DNA of 62,804 bases, filler included, from Jimgerdemannia flammicorona (GCA_003990765.1; 3 parts of 3 records of this genome joined end to end with filler, not necessarily neighbours in it), one strand, 5' to 3'; shown: positions 12,769 to 26,792, counted from the first letter of the whole stretch. Numbers and translations are program-made. The notes: generated by a model from the letters alone, not told the origin.

Positions 12769-15700
12769 CTACCCAATCTCCATAGGGGAATCCCCCCCCC
12801 CACCCACTCCTTCATACTTAAAAATCACCCTGTCACCCATGACCCAACCCTTCCCCCACTCTGTCTGTATATTTTCTCCACCAAATGTCACTGCTGACCC
12901 TCCTGCAATCTCCACCCAAGCCACCAACCCATCAGAGTATCCTCCATCAGCCTTTCCCATCTCTCCAATTGTGTCCCTAAGTTCAAATGTCTCCCATCCT
13001 CAAACACATACAGCCAGTGATCTGCCAACTCTACTCATATAGCCAGCACCTACCCCAAAATGAGCTACTCCCTTCCAACCCCTCCCACCAATCTGTCCTG
13101 CATATCCTCCCACCAATCTGTCCTGCAAATCCTCCCACCAACCCCTCACACCATCTCTCCTCCAGATGATACTCAATCTCTCTCCAACTGCTATCCAGAA
13201 GACATTGAGCACCTCACACTCCTTTAGCCAATGTTCAGACATCTGTACTAAACCCCCTTCCTGCCCAACATTATGATACTCCTCACAGTCAAAGGATCCC
13301 CCTTCCATCAAGTAGCCAGAGCAGAAGTTGAGCATGATATTCCTCCTCAGCATATGCCACCAGACCATCTAATACTTCAGTGGCAGCTATCATCGAACCT
13401 CAGCACTTCAGTTTCAGATTTTATTCCAGTCCCACTCTTCACCAATACCCACCAACTGCTATCTGCTGGGCCACAGATCCTGCCCCAACCCCCACTGATA
13501 CTTAACCCCATTACTAATATCAAAGTTTCTAAGTAGAACACCCCTCAGCAACACTTGGTCCCATCTCAACATAGCTGGGCCCCAAGGCCTTTCTCTCTTG
13601 TCTCCCTGCCAAAAAATGCTGATATGGTGTGCCCCATCAGCGACTCCCTACCAGAAGCCCTTAAACTGCATATGTCCATTGTTTCAAAGCCCAACCAAAG
13701 ACAGAAGATCCCCTGTGGAGCCTCTCAGTGAGGACCTCATCTTCCAGACCTTCTCCAATAGAGGAACCCAGCTGCTGCCCCCCAACTCAGCAGCCCTCTT
13801 CAGCCACCATGCTCTCAGATAGTGTAACTTCTTTGGGAAGTCAACCAGCCCAAGACCCCCTCTAGTCACCAGTAAGAACAGAATTTTCCAGCTAATCTGA
13901 CTACTCCTCCCTGCCCAGATCCACCCCTTGGCTAGGTTCAGCAGTCTCTTCAATATCTAGGCCAGAAAGTCCAGATGATATACCAGATACTACAGCTTCA
14001 GTAGCCAGTAAGTATTCAAGATGAAAACATGCCCTGCCAGAGATAGGTGGTAGCCTCCCCAGCTCTGCAGAGCCTCCCCCCAGATAGCCACTCACTGCTC
14101 TCACTAGTGTCTTGGGAGAACAGACCCATATACTGATAGATAGATGCCCAAGTACCTCACTGCCTCCCCAGTAGGGACAATGGTTCCAATGACACTCCCT
14201 CCCACCAGGCCATGACTCAGTACCATAATTTCATACTTGTATCAGTTGAGTTTAGCCCCAGAGTATATCTCATACTACTCCACAGTCTCCTTGAGTTCCT
14301 CAATATTGATGATTGAACCCAGGCCAACCACTATATCATCTGCAAAGACACCAACTTTCCACTCAATGCCATAAACTGAAAGTCTCCTTAGCTTCTGCTG
14401 AATTCTATCCATTAAGGGCTCCAAAGAGAGTGTATACAAAATGGGGGATAGGGGGGTCCCCCTGGGGCACACCTCTACCTAGAGAGAATGCCACTCCTCA
14501 ATGTCCATTACACATGAGTGCAGCCCTGCTCCCTTTCAGTAGGCTGATCATTGCCCCTTGGAACTGTTGAGGGACTCCAATCCTGTCCACTACCTTCGCC
14601 AGCCAGATCCTCTGAACATGGTTGTATACCTTCTCCTGATCCAAGAAAACCAGACACCCATCCAATCCACAGGCATGTACACCTTCAATAACACTGTAGA
14701 CCCAAGCTGTGCCATCCCAAATGAGTCAGTCTCTGACAAATCCCCAGCTCTACCCCTAAGACCTGTTGAGCTACCTTCTGCAACCTTGCTACTACCACCT
14801 TAGTTATCACCTTCCTATCTATGTCTGGTAGCATGATCAGCCTCCAGTTCTTCCAGTCCTCCCTCCTATCCTTGTTCTTATACAGCAGCATCACCAGCCC
14901 CAGATCCTGCTCCCCTGCCTATCTCCTGGTCTGCAGTATAACGTCACAGAGAGCCCTCAGCTCACCCAGTACATCAGGGACATCCACCATCTTCCAGAAA
15001 TCCCAGGGCAGGCCATCCTTGCCTGGTGCTGTACCTAGTGCAGTTGCAGCAAGAATCTGGCAAATCTCCTCCTCTAGTACTGGTATCACCAGTTTGCCCA
15101 GCCCTTCCACCAGAGGTGGGTGCCAATCCTCCAAGGCAATATCAATGGTATCACCTTCTGCTCCACCCTCCTCCTCACTCTACAGGTCACTCTACTGCTC
15201 CTTCAGCAACCTGAGAATGCCTTATATACTATGTACCAATATTCCCTCTGAATCAATAACCCCCTCCCACCACTGCTGAACCCTCCTTACTCAAAGGGCT
15301 CTTGTGAGAAGCTTAGAGGGCCTCTTGCCTTTCTCCAGCCCCTACCAATATAGCTGTGCTGCTATACTCTACATCTGTGCTACCTCCTCCTCCTACAATA
15401 CCTATTATAGCTCCACAACCTCCTTTTAAATCCTTAGCAGTCTCCAATCCTCTACTCTCTCCAGAGCCAACAGACCTGCCCAATCTCCCAATAGCCTCAT
15501 CAATCTAGCAGAGGCCCACAACCTCTTCTTCCTCTTTTGGCTCTCAGCTGCCATACCTGCCTCCCTCCAATAGACTCTAGCAGCCTCCTTCAGCCATATC
15601 CACCTATCACCAACTGAGGTACCTTCCCATATCCACCCCTCCACCCTCCACTGAATATCCACAGCCCACTTGTCCCACAGTACCTTATTGTCTAATAAGG

Positions 15701-16367
15701 AGGAGTTGAGGCACCAATGTCCCAGCCCATCCCCACTCCCCCCAAAATACCCCTATCCCAGCAGTCCCTAATGTTCAGACCATGGACACCATTCCACCTC
15801 CAGAGACCTCCAAACATCCAAACCCCAATAGTCTGCTATCAAAATCCAGTCAATCCACGTCTCCAGGCCACTTGCCCAATGTGTATATACCCTTCTATCA
15901 CCCCACAGCTCTCTGCTAGCATCCACCAAAGCACTTAGTCTCTCAACTTTCTCCCACATCTCCAAGCCTCCACTCCTACCCACAGTCCCCTGCCCTCCAT
16001 CAGTCCTATCTACCAGTACATCTCAGACCATATTAAAGTCTCCACCAAGCACATCCACTCCAGCCTCCACCAGTGGCCCCTCCTCCAGAAGCCTCTTCAC
16101 CCACTCTACATGCTCACCCTGCACCACAGGACAGTAGCAGGATCCCACTGTAATTGGTTCCCAACCAGTTTGAATCCACTCACCCCAAACCAACCTGTCT
16201 CCCCAGTTCTGCACATTATGTATCCCCCCTCTACTCTTTCTGACCAGAATCTCAACCTTGCTCTTCCAAATTGCCTCTCCTCCCCATTCTTTCATCTAAT
16301 CCAGTTTATCCAAATCATCCTCACACCTGACATCATTCAAAGAAAAAATGTTAGTTGTACTGTTCAT
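12769..16367 (-). pseudogene. LINE ORF2 (APE endonuclease + reverse transcriptase), disrupted
   Basis: APE and RT motif fragments in successive minus-strand ORFs. A deletion removes the NVNGL..LQ segment of the APE N-terminus relative to the 45572 copy. Confidence 0.88.
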
Positions 16368-16399
16368 AAGGAATAATACATAAAAGTAAGCAAATCCTC

Positions 16400-18418
16400 A
16401 CCAGCTCTATAAACATCTCATCCTGAGCCAGGTCTGGATCATGTTCCACAGCTTCCTCCTCCTCCTCAGTCCTCTTAGCCTCCAATCCAACCAGAAGTTC
16501 CTTGAGCTCCCCATCTTCATTCTTCTCGAATTCTTTGCAATATTCCAGGCAGGCCACCTGCCAGAGTCACAACCCATGCTGCTCTGCCCAACAGTAAGCA
16601 GCCCTCTCACCAGCAACAACTGCCAGCCCCACCTCCTGCTCCTTATCAACCTCATAGCCTTCCTCCTCCAGGAAAACTACAAGAATCTCTGCCTTCAGTG
16701 CCTCCACCACTCTCTCACCCCACAGGATATATGCCCAATGCTCATCACTCATCACTCATAGGTCCACCTCCCCCAACTCCTCTGCTGTAAAGTTGTTTAT
16801 CATCTTATATATATATAATAAATTTCCCACCTCCTTCTCCCCAGGAGTTGCCAGCCACCCTCTATCCAGCATGGAGATATCAGCCCCTGTGCTCACAGTC
16901 TCATCCCACACCTCCTCCTGAACATCCACCAGTTTGTCCTCACCCACTGCTACTACCTCCCCCCCCTTTGCTACCTCAGGAACTCCAAAGTGTACTCTCT
17001 GGGCTCCCTGCATGAGTACATGTTCTGCCACCCTGCCCCTCAAAGCTGGACCTCATCTAATAAGTGGCATAGGGGTCAGAGACAGCTCCCAGACCTCAAA
17101 GGTACCATCTGCATAAGGGTCACTACCCTTTGTCTCCTCTCCTCCTCCTGGCCCCTTTCCTGCATTCTCTCCCTCCTTGCTAGCCCATATACTCTCCTTG
17201 GCACCCCCCATCATTTCAACATCACTAGTATCCTTCTTTGCCTTATTTTCCAGTTTTGCCAATAGCTCCCTCTGCTGCTTGCACCCATGGGCTCTCTCCC
17301 ACCACCCCTTATCCACCAGAATTCTCTTTCCATCCACTATTTCCAAATGTATCAACTCAACATATGCCTTCCAAGCCTTTGCCCTCTACTCCACAGCACT
17401 ACTCAGCTCTTCCAGCACCTCCAGCAGATCCTCTTCCTCCTTCTCACTCCCCCTCACCCTTGTCACCTTATACAAGAAAGCCTCTCAGACCATCACCAAG
17501 GGCCAGTTCCTAGCCTTTCCAGTAGCCTCCTTTTCTGCCAACTGAATTCAAACATCAACATCTCCAGTCCTGAATGCGGTCTCCTCCCAGACCCAGAACC
17601 CAACATTGACCACCTTGCTATACTCAGCTATGACTTTTTCCACTCTCCTCCTCATCTCCACAGCAATCACCTGAGACACCTCCTTCACCAGCAATTGCAC
17701 CACCCTGGGATCCTACCTCAAGCAGTACACCATCAGAACACACACCTCTACAACTGTCAACCTTACCTTCAGTGTCTCCTCCAGTAGTCCAGCCTCCTTG
17801 AAGCCAACCTCCACTCCTTCCAGTCCCTTCAGAAACTTCATGGATGCCACTCCAGCCATCTGCTGAGCAATCAGCCCCAAGACCATTTCACCATCACCAC
17901 TAAGCCCCAGAAGTACAAGGTAATGGCAAACTCCAAGATTGACTTCTTGAGTAATGGTGCCACTGCCAGCCCTGTTACACCATCTGCCAGATTGCTAGGC
18001 CTTGTGTCTTTCCCACTGCTCAGTCCACCATCAGCAGTCCCATCTAGATTTTTTTCCTGATCACCCATCATGCTCCCATCAGCAGTCACCCCCTCAGCCC
18101 CTACACCATCAGCCCTACTACTCCAGCCCACCAGAGAGACTCCCCCTTGGGGCTGCTGCTCTGTAGTCTTCACTGCCTCCTTGCCCCTCCTAAGCCAGCC
18201 CTCCAGCCCAGCTCTCTGCTGACCCCCTTTACCTTGTCTGCAAAGCTTGCCCTCCCAGTCCCCTGACCTCCAGCACCACTCCCTCCCCTACTATGTCCTC
18301 CTGCCAGCAGACCCCTCATGCTTCCCCCCAAGCCAGGGCCCCTCTCCACATACTGCCAGTAAAATGCACCTGGGGCACCCTGCCCAGTATTCACCTCGGA
18401 ATACTCAACAGTTGCCAT
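16400..18418 (-). pseudogene. LINE ORF1, disrupted
   Basis: Fragments colinear with ORF1 of the 41948-47690 copy (LADGVTGLAVAPLLKKSILEF, DGTFEVWE, AEHDLDL-like). Confidence 0.8.
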
Positions 18419-18759
18419 GATACTAGTAGCTTGTCTTCAGAAACTGTGTCGAAAGTATTGCCAAAAGGTTGTATAACCTGAATGTTATCAGAGAAAGGTC
18501 GGATGTCTTCAGTTGAGTCTAGTTAGTTATTATACATTTACTCAAATATCCTTAAGACAATTGAACTTCTCAAGTTTTATTCCTTAAATCCAATTATATA
18601 TTTCTATTTTGACAATTGTTGATATATAGCATAAATCTCAGATTTCATCTAACTTAACTTATTAAAGTACTCTTGTACTTCAATAAGCATAATTATTCTC
18701 TATAATAATATTTATTATAATTAGGAGTAGTGAAAATGTTAAATCTCACTCTCTTTATC

Positions 18760-20842
18760 TTTTTTTTTTTTTTTTTTTTTTTTTATAGTCACTTGGACTC
18801 TGCCATTTATTACCAGTCTATTAATAAGTATACAGTTTCACCTCCTACTACCCAATCCCCATAGGGGAGCCTCTCCCTGCACCTTCCTGAATAAAGACCA
18901 CCTTCTCACCCACTATTCCCACCCTCTTCCCACTCTGCCTACATATATATCTTCTCCACCAAGTGATGCCTTCAACCACCCTACAGCTCCCAACCAAGCC
19001 ACCGGTCTGTCAAGGTGTCTTCCATAAGGCTATACCAATGCAGCAACTGGTCCCCCAAGCCCAGTCTCCTCCCATCTTCAAAAACAAATAGCCAGTGACT
19101 AGCCAGCCCCACCCAAATTGCTAAGACCCAGCCTAACATAAGCCACTCTTCCCCACCCCCCCCACCAGTCTATCCCTCAGATCCTCCCACTGACCCCATA
19201 CACAATCTCCCCTACACACTACCCCCAAGTAGTCCCCAACAGCCTGCCAAAAGTCACCAAGTACCTCACACTCCCCTAGCCAATGTTCAGGTGTCTGCAC
19301 ATATCCTCCTTCCTGCTCGACATTGTGGCACTCCTCACAGTTGAAGCAACCCCCCTCAATAAGATGACCCGAGTGGAAGTTGAGCATGACATTCCTCCTC
19401 AGCATGCACCACCAGACCACCCAGTAATTTGGTAGCATCCACCTCCTCACCTTAGCACTCTAGGCCCTGATATCATGCCAGTTCCACTCTTCTCCGATAC
19501 CCACTCTCTGCCTTCAGCAGCCAATAGACATTCAAAATCATGACATGCCCCACTAGAGACAAGTGGCAACCCCCCCAGCTCCACAGAGCCTCCCCCCAGA
19601 TTCCAACTCTCTGCTCCCACCAAAGTCTAGGTAGTACCAACCTATACACTGACAAATAAATACCCAAGTACTGCACTACCTTGCCAGTAGGGATGATTGT
19701 TCCAATAATGTCCCCACCCACCAGGCCATTGCCCAACACTATTGTTTCACACTTGTGACAATTTAGTTTAGCTCCAGAGTTCTCCTCATACCACTCTACT
19801 ATCTTCTTGAGCTCCTCAACATCAGTAATGGACCCCAGGCCAACCACCATATCATCAGCAAAGGCCCCAACTTTCCACCCAATTCCAAAAATAAAGAGCC
19901 CCACTATCTTCCTCCTGATTCTATCCATTAGGGGCTCCAGGGAAAGAGCATATAGAATGGGGGACAGTGGGTCCTCCTGGGGCACACCCCTACCTAGAGG
20001 AAATGATACCCCTCTATGACCATTACATATGAGCACAGCCCTACTCCCTTCCAGTAGACTGATTATTGCTGACCAGAACTGGTGTAGTACCCCCATCATA
20101 TCTAATACTTTGCCAGCCAGACTTGCTGCACCTGGTCATAAGTCTTCTTCTGGTCCAAGAAGACCAGTCACCCATCCAGTCCACAAGCTTGCACCCCTTC
20201 AATAACTCTATGTACCCAGGCAGTGCCATCTCTAATGAGCTGGCCTCCTACAAAGCCCCTCTTCTCAACACCCAAGACTTGCTGGGCCACCTTCTGTAGC
20301 CTTACAGCCACCACCTTAGTCACCAACTTTCTATCTATGTCCAGCAGCATAATCAGCCACCAATTCTTCCAGTCCTCTCACATCCCTTTGTTCTTGAAAA
20401 GCAATGTCACCAGCCCCAGATCCTGCTCCCCCACCCATCTCCCTATCTGTAATATAAAGTCACACAATGTGGTCATCTCACCCAGTACTCCTGGGATCCC
20501 CACCATCTTCTTCCAGAAGTCCCAGGGCAGACCATCCTCCCCAGGTGCCATACCTGAGATTGTTACAGCAAGAATCTGGTGGATCTCTTCCTCTTGTACT
20601 GGCAACACCAAGTCTCTTAGCCCATCTACTTGTGGAGGGTGCCAATCCTCCAATACCCGGTAATAGCAGCAGCATTGGCCCCACCTTTCTCCTCAGTCTA
20701 CAATCCACTCCATTGCTCCTTTAATGAACCAAGAATGTCTTGTATACCTTGCACCAGTATACCATCAGAGTTAAGCACCCCCTCCCACCTTTGCTGTACC
20801 CTTCTTGCCTGGAGGGCCCTTGAGAGGTACTTAGAGAGCCTC
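18760..20842 (-). mobile_element. L1-clade LINE, 3' part of ORF2 (RT), cut by a poly(T) run and assembly gap
   Basis: Poly(T) at 18760-18784 and the family 3' hairpin. Motifs RGVPQEDPLSP, GAFADDMVV and CEECHN..EHWLGEC. Confidence 0.9.
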
Positions 20843-20874
20843 TTTTTTTTTTTTGTTTTTTTTTTTTTTTTTTT

Positions 20875-20974
20875 NNNNNNNNNNNNNNNNNNNNNNNNNN
20901 NNNNNNNNNNNNNNNNNNTTAATTAATTAANNNNNNNNNNNNNNNNNNNNNNNNNNNNNNNNNNNNNNNNNNNN
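20875..20974. other. Assembly gap with artificial TTAATTAATTAA stop linker
   Basis: N-run with a central ttaattaattaa. Identical construct at 41848-41947. Confidence 0.95.
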
Positions 20975-21507
20975 AAAAAAAAAAAAGTCAATAATCTGTA
21001 CCTACAATCACCACTCTGCATCTGTGCTTCTCTGCACATTACTTCAAACTCACTCAAAAAATAATAATTGTTCCATTGGCATCATCGTTTTGATCTGATC
21101 TCTGGTTCCTCTTGATCTACCCGCCACTTCGCTACCATCTATTCCGCAAAAGATCGACACTAGACTGCAAACCCCTCCTCTCTCCCCAAAAGTAAAAGAG
21201 TTAATCAGTGGATAGATTGTCGATCTGGCAGAGGCCACTGATAAGGATATAGTACTTCCATGTGGACTGTATTCCGGTGAGAATTTTTTTGTACTAATAA
21301 GTTATATCCGCCACGGGTGTAACGTCGTGTCGATGACGTCACGAAGGACAGACTATGTAGTTCTGAAACCGAGGTACACACGAACACGAAGAATAGAAAA
21401 GATTTCTCTCTCCTGTTTAATTGCCTTAACCTAAATATCAAAGAACTACATAAGCATACTCTCTCTCCAAAAAAATACAGATGACCCCGAGTAACCTAAC
21501 ACACAAT

Positions 21508-22455
21508 TCACCACACTAACAAAGCACCGATCCCAACCATCACCACAGTTGCCAACACCATCACACAGTTCCTGACACCTGTACTCGGGATTTGAGGGGT
21601 GGTAGATTCCGTCGGTGTGACCACCGTCGGTACGACCATCGTCGGTATGACCACTGGCCCGGACGATACGACGGCCGATGACGTCGCTGTTGGCGGAATC
21701 CAGCTGCTCGACGACGCAGAAAACGGAATTGAGGTCAATACGGACGAAAAAGTCGAAGCCGAAGAGATCGAAGCCGAAGAGGCCGAAGCCGAAGAGGTCG
21801 AAGCCGAAGAGGCCGAAGCCGAAGATATCAAGGTCAATGATACCAAAGTCGAAGTAACCAAACCGGAAGACGACGAAGAGAAAGTCGTGATCGGCGACAG
21901 ACTTATTCTGGAAACCGTCTGGGTCTCGGTCGTTGACAGCGTCCAGGTCAAGATTGAGCTCGCGTGGCTACAGTAGAGCTGGGCGATGCCCGATTGGATT
22001 TGACCTTGCTCTATGGGGGGGGGATATGCGACGGACGTTGGAGTCGGCTACAATACGCTGGGTAGCGCGGAATACCGAGAAAATAACTTGCCTTGGATCG
22101 CGGGATCGTCTGGGCAGTTGGCGTAGCACATGGCAACCTGCGTTTGCTGTGCGCAATTGCACGCGAAATCCTTCTTGGTGCATTTCTTTAGTTCGGCCTT
22201 GGTGGCGTTCAGGCATTTCTTATAACTGGGTTCAAGAATGTTAGCAAAATGTTGGATGTTAAACCACGCATTATTTCTATTCGTGTTCATTTAATTCTTT
22301 CGTTATATTCTACAAACCAAAATAAAAAATAAAATAAAGGCTTGTCCAAAATGCTTCACTTACTCTGCGATATTCGCACAAACCGCAGTGATCTCAGCGA
22401 CCAAAAAGCCAAGCAACATCAGCGAAAAGAGAATAGTGATGGGCGATTTTGTCAT
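21508..22455 (-). CDS. Secreted Cys-rich, Ser/Thr-rich, probably GPI-anchored protein (3 exons)
   Basis: Signal peptide MTKSPITILFSLMLLGFLVAEITA. Introns 22363-22226 (GT-AG) and 22091-22011 (GC-AG) join an 8-Cys domain to an S/T-rich stalk and a hydrophobic C-terminus. Confidence 0.85.
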
Positions 22456-24219
22456 GACTTTTTGTCCTTGGAAATAAAGTGCTGGACGCGACGGAAGAGA
22501 GGGAATATAAGTATCGGGGAATGAGGGGCATTTTAATTATGAATCAATTGTCGGAAAATCGTCGCCATGAATAAGATTACGCGCAGGTCGGGTTTCAGGT
22601 TAGCCTCATGTCTGAAACAACTATCGCATAAACGAATTCAATATACCCGAGATGGGTCCTTGAAGCCTTTGGCTTGAGGTACAATTCTCTTTGATTGCTA
22701 GGTGAGATGGTATACGTCTTGTGCACTTTTCTTCCTTTCTTTCTTTCTTTTTTGTGAAGGAACATGGTGTGAAGAGTGAGATATTCATCCTCGCGACACA
22801 GCGTGGTTGGATGGCACTTGGTGTTTGATAAGATTTCGCTGGGGTGAACTGACACCAAATTTCGAATATATATGCCATCAGCAAGGGTCCAGAGACCGGT
22901 TCATATGCCGTTTCAATTCATAGGCGTGACGACATCCGACACCCGACGAGGCCGAGAAATGTCGAGAATAAAAGCTTAAAGATAGTTCTCGATCGTCTGA
23001 GTGTGATAACATTGGCTGAACCGCGACGTCATGGAAAAACATTCACAGGCTGCTGATAAACACATGGTAATATGAGCTTCGATAGACAGAAGAGACACAC
23101 CTCATTTAAGTTGTCTGAGGCGAGACAGCTGGCGAGGTGAGACAGCCAAACGCCGCACCCTTCCTAAAAGCTCCATTCTACATCTTCTCCATCCACCCTC
23201 TGTTCTTCCCACCCACATGGAGGAGCAAACGTCAAGGTTTTATCATTCACGTTGAACGTACAAAACCTCCAACGTTTGCTCCCTCTCTCTTGCATCTCCT
23301 GCAACGATTTTCCGTTTTCTAAACCCACCGAGAGGAGTCGGATGAGCACGCTGCGCTCTACGCACTGCTCCACTTTGTGGCGCACATCCTTGTGGCACTT
23401 CACCTCCTTAAGATTGATTAATGGAGAAAGCGCTTTCCTCCTCCACTTTCGTGCCTTGTTGCCGAGACAGAGTCGTTGGGAATTTTGGAGATTATTTCCC
23501 CTACAAAGTTTGCATTTAATTGTGCTAACTCCCCACGCGCTGACTCTCCTTCTCGGCCTCACTTCCTATTCCCACTCCATCACAAATATCAGATCGAGAG
23601 GACAATGCATTTTTCAACATACAAAACGAAAATTAGCTACGCATTGGTGGGGGTGAAGCCTTCGAGCAGAATCTGACAAAAAGATTTAATTGCTTGACCA
23701 TCGTTGCTCCTTGAACTCTGATAAAGAACGGCTTTCGGGCAATGCTATCGCCATTTCGACGAGTATGGGAGTTTCCAGTATCTCCTGAATTTTCGACAAA
23801 TATGGGGGTTTCCGTATTTCTCGAATTTCCCCTCCCACACTTCTGATTGAATAAGCAGACGGCTCACTTCTCCCCCTCCCCCAACTTTGTAAGCTCCATT
23901 CCGCCCCGCTTCTGCACGTAATGGTAATTTACTTGGCCCTGGAAAGAGCCCGGTTCCAAGCATTGTCAGTATATAAGATGTTTCTTTGTTTAGGGCATGA
24001 ATGGTGGGTATTTGTATTTGTGGGAAGTGAGGGGGTCAGCACCAGTTAAATTTGATCGCCATCTAGTTATATCCAGTTAAATTTGGTCTCACATCACACA
24101 AGATGGATCATGTGATTTGAAACCCCCTGAGCGGAACCGCGTGCGATTTAATTATGTATTCTCATATATATTCTCAGCATCTTATTCCCCATCTTTCCCT
24201 CCCGACACCGCCCTTCATC

Positions 24220-26272
24220 ATGTCAGACCTAACAAACATCCTCGCCAACATTGACCACACGACCCTCTTCACGACCGTCGTTGCCGTCGCCGGCGTGGCC
24301 GTCGCCATCCAGCTGTTCGCCCGATCCAACACCAAGGCCCTTCTCCCGCTTCCTCCCTCCCCGAGCGGCAAGCTTCCGGCTCTGGGTCACCTGTTGGCGA
24401 TTGGGATGTCGCCGCACCTGACTTTCACGCGATGGGCCAAGACGCTTGGCCCCATCTTCTGCGTGCAGATGGGCGCTAAAACCTGGATCATTCTCAATTC
24501 GCCCAAGGTCATCCGCGACATCATCGATCTTCGCGGCGGGAACTACTCAGACCGCGGCTCCAACGTCATCATCAAAGCTCTCACGCGCAACGGGGAGATG
24601 TATGCGTTTTCTGAGTATGGCGATTATCTGCGCATGTGCAGAAAGCTCACAAATAACACCCTCTCAAAGAACAAGGTCCAGACGTTGCACAAACCCATCT
24701 TCGACAACGAGTCGCGTAATCTCCTGACATTGTTGCTCAGGGATGGTAGAAGGCCCGAGGGTGCCTGCGCGGACGACTTGATATTCCTCTATACGGTAAG
24801 TTTTGCATTGATTGAGCAAATGGTTATTGTCTTTCGCGTTGCGTTTCCGTTTTTTACCGACAAGAGTTCCAATTTTGCATTCTGATCCCTTTCATGCCAT
24901 TCACTATCCAACAGGCCAACGTCATAATGATGCTCCTTTACGCAAAGCGCTGGGACAGCCCAACCGATCCATTCTACCAGGAAGTCAGGTCCATCAACAA
25001 TGCCTTCACGGCCTTCTTCCAGGACTTGGTTCTCGACTTCTTCCCGATACTGACCCCGCTGTTCGCCGGCAAGATTGCCAAAGCCAAGACCGTTCAGGAC
25101 CGCATCATTGCCTACACGGGACCGCTCGTCGAGGAGGTCCGCCAAAAGCTCAAGAATGGGGAGAAGGTGCCATGCATCGCGGCTGAGTTTGTCGAGGCGC
25201 AGAGGGTGGAAAATTTTTCGGATATGGGAAGTAAGTATATACAACGCTGTTGGATTGCCTTTAGGATTTTATCGAAGAAGAAACTTACATATTCTTCGCT
25301 GATTGTCAGTCATCCAAACCACCGGCGGCTTCACACTTGTAAGTATACGCCATTACATATTGAGCGCACATTTTCTCCAAACTCAAACTAACCCATAATT
25401 TCATCCCTCCAGGCCGGCATCGAATCGACGATGAGTGCCCTCCTGAATTCCATCATCGTCTTGGCCAACCACCCAGAAATCCAGCAGCGCTTCTTCGACG
25501 AACTCTACAATGTCGTCGGGCCCGATCGCCTTCCTGAGGAGGCCGACGTTCTCAATACTCCCTATGTCGAGGCCTTCATTCTCGAGGTCCTGCGCTTCCG
25601 GCCAGCCACTTTCTTTGGTGTCCCGCACGCCGGTGTCAATGAAGACGAGTATGAAGGTTACAGGATCCCGTAAGTGTCGAACAGGGGTTTTGTTTCCTCG
25701 TTGTCCCGTGCACAGGTTTTAATCATGCGTATGTACGGCTTTGTTATTCCACCTTTACTTGCGATCACCCAGAGCCGGCGCTTTAGTTGTCATGAACTTG
25801 TACGCGCTACACTTTGACGAGACAACGTTCCCGAACGCCGAGATCTTCGACCCCACGAGGTGGTTGACCGAAGATGGCTTGTGCGATTCCAAGATGCAAC
25901 ATTGGGCTTTCGGTGGTGAGTTTTTCCGCTTCTCCGGCACTGTTTAGATTTGGGTTGTTTTGACGATTGATCGTGTTTACGACGCATCACACAAGCATCG
26001 CCAATCCGGACGCAATCCTCACCCCTCCCTTTATTCCCTCCCCACCAGGCGGCCGCCGCGTCTGTCCAGGCCAGTTCATGGCTGAGACGTCTATCCGCAC
26101 TACGCTTTCGCGCCTCGTATGGGCCTTCCGCATCGAGTTCCCACTCGACTCGCAAGGCAATCCCGTCCCCGTGCCCATCCCCGCGCCGACCAGGATCGAC
26201 TGCATGCCCGCCCCGTTCAATATGAGGTTCATTCCGAGGCGCGAGAATGTCGCCAGGGTTGTGAGTCTTTGA
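24220..26272 (+). CDS. Cytochrome P450 (about 6 exons)
   Basis: N-terminal TM helix and Pro-rich hinge, I-helix AGIEST, EVLR, FDPTRW, heme motif AFGGGRRVCPG. GT-AG introns, e.g. 24796-24914. Confidence 0.95.
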
Positions 26273-26402
26273 GTAAGTGGGTGGGTTTGCGGTGGGGAGT
26301 TGAAATTATGGGTATTTAGATGGGTGCACGCATCGTTTTGTGTGATATCTTTATGTAGAGTACATAGCATCTGCATGAGACATCGTGAGATTTCGGGATT
26401 AT

Positions 26403-26792
26403 TTATTTGCTATCGCCATTAAATCTTATTTTTAATACCATCTGGAATGGTACTAATCTTGGTCCATCAGTGGATATGGTCATGTTGTCCTGATGCTGTT
26501 GCGAGGCGCAAACGTACGTCCAAATATTCCTGTTCAAAGTAGTGTGATAGAACGGGATCCCAACCTCCACATAACGAGAATGCATATGTAGCGCAAGCTT
26601 GAAGTAGGATAAGGGTGACCTGGCTGTCATCTCAAGAGCGTCCATTTTGGATGTGGAAATGGGAATGGCGTTGTGGCACCAATCTCGGCATACCAGCAAG
26701 CACGAAAGCAGGTTGAGGTCAGTCAGTCGGGGGGTCGCCTTAGGGGCCTCGATGGCGCGGCATGCCGCGGAAGGGACGTCGGACATTGACAC
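26403..26792 (-). pseudogene. F-box-like gene fragment
   Basis: TDLNLLSCLLVCRDWCHNAIP resembles the F-box C-terminal motif, also seen in 52018-53547 (LYCCSLVSREWHTAAL). No complete gene recognised. Confidence 0.45.

Larger units (their letters stand above)
12683..18515 (-). mobile_element. Full-length (~5.8 kb) decayed L1-clade LINE
   Basis: 16-bp TSD agtctagttagttatt at 12667-12682 and 18516-18531. A-rich tail. ORF1 from ATG 18418. ORF2 from ATG 16367 with GDFN, IDWIL, WSEH, APGKDGLP, PLSP, FADD and a C-terminal Cys/His motif. Many stops. Confidence 0.92.

Noticed and set aside
12404..18614. LTR-like sequence split by the full-length LINE
   Set aside because: It has TATA, AATAAA and a TGACA end, but no TSD, PPT or matching partner LTR was found.
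20875..20974. Palindromic TTAATTAATTAA inside N-runs (also at 41848-41947)
   Set aside because: Artificial six-frame stop linker placed in scaffold gaps. Adjacency across these gaps is uncertain.
21599..21976. Acidic EAE-repeat ORF on the plus strand
   Set aside because: Antisense shadow of the Ser/Ala-rich exon of the GPI protein.
23164..23562. Minus-strand ORF faintly similar to the F-box/LRR C-terminus
   Set aside because: Similarity is limited to one short segment, with no gene structure.
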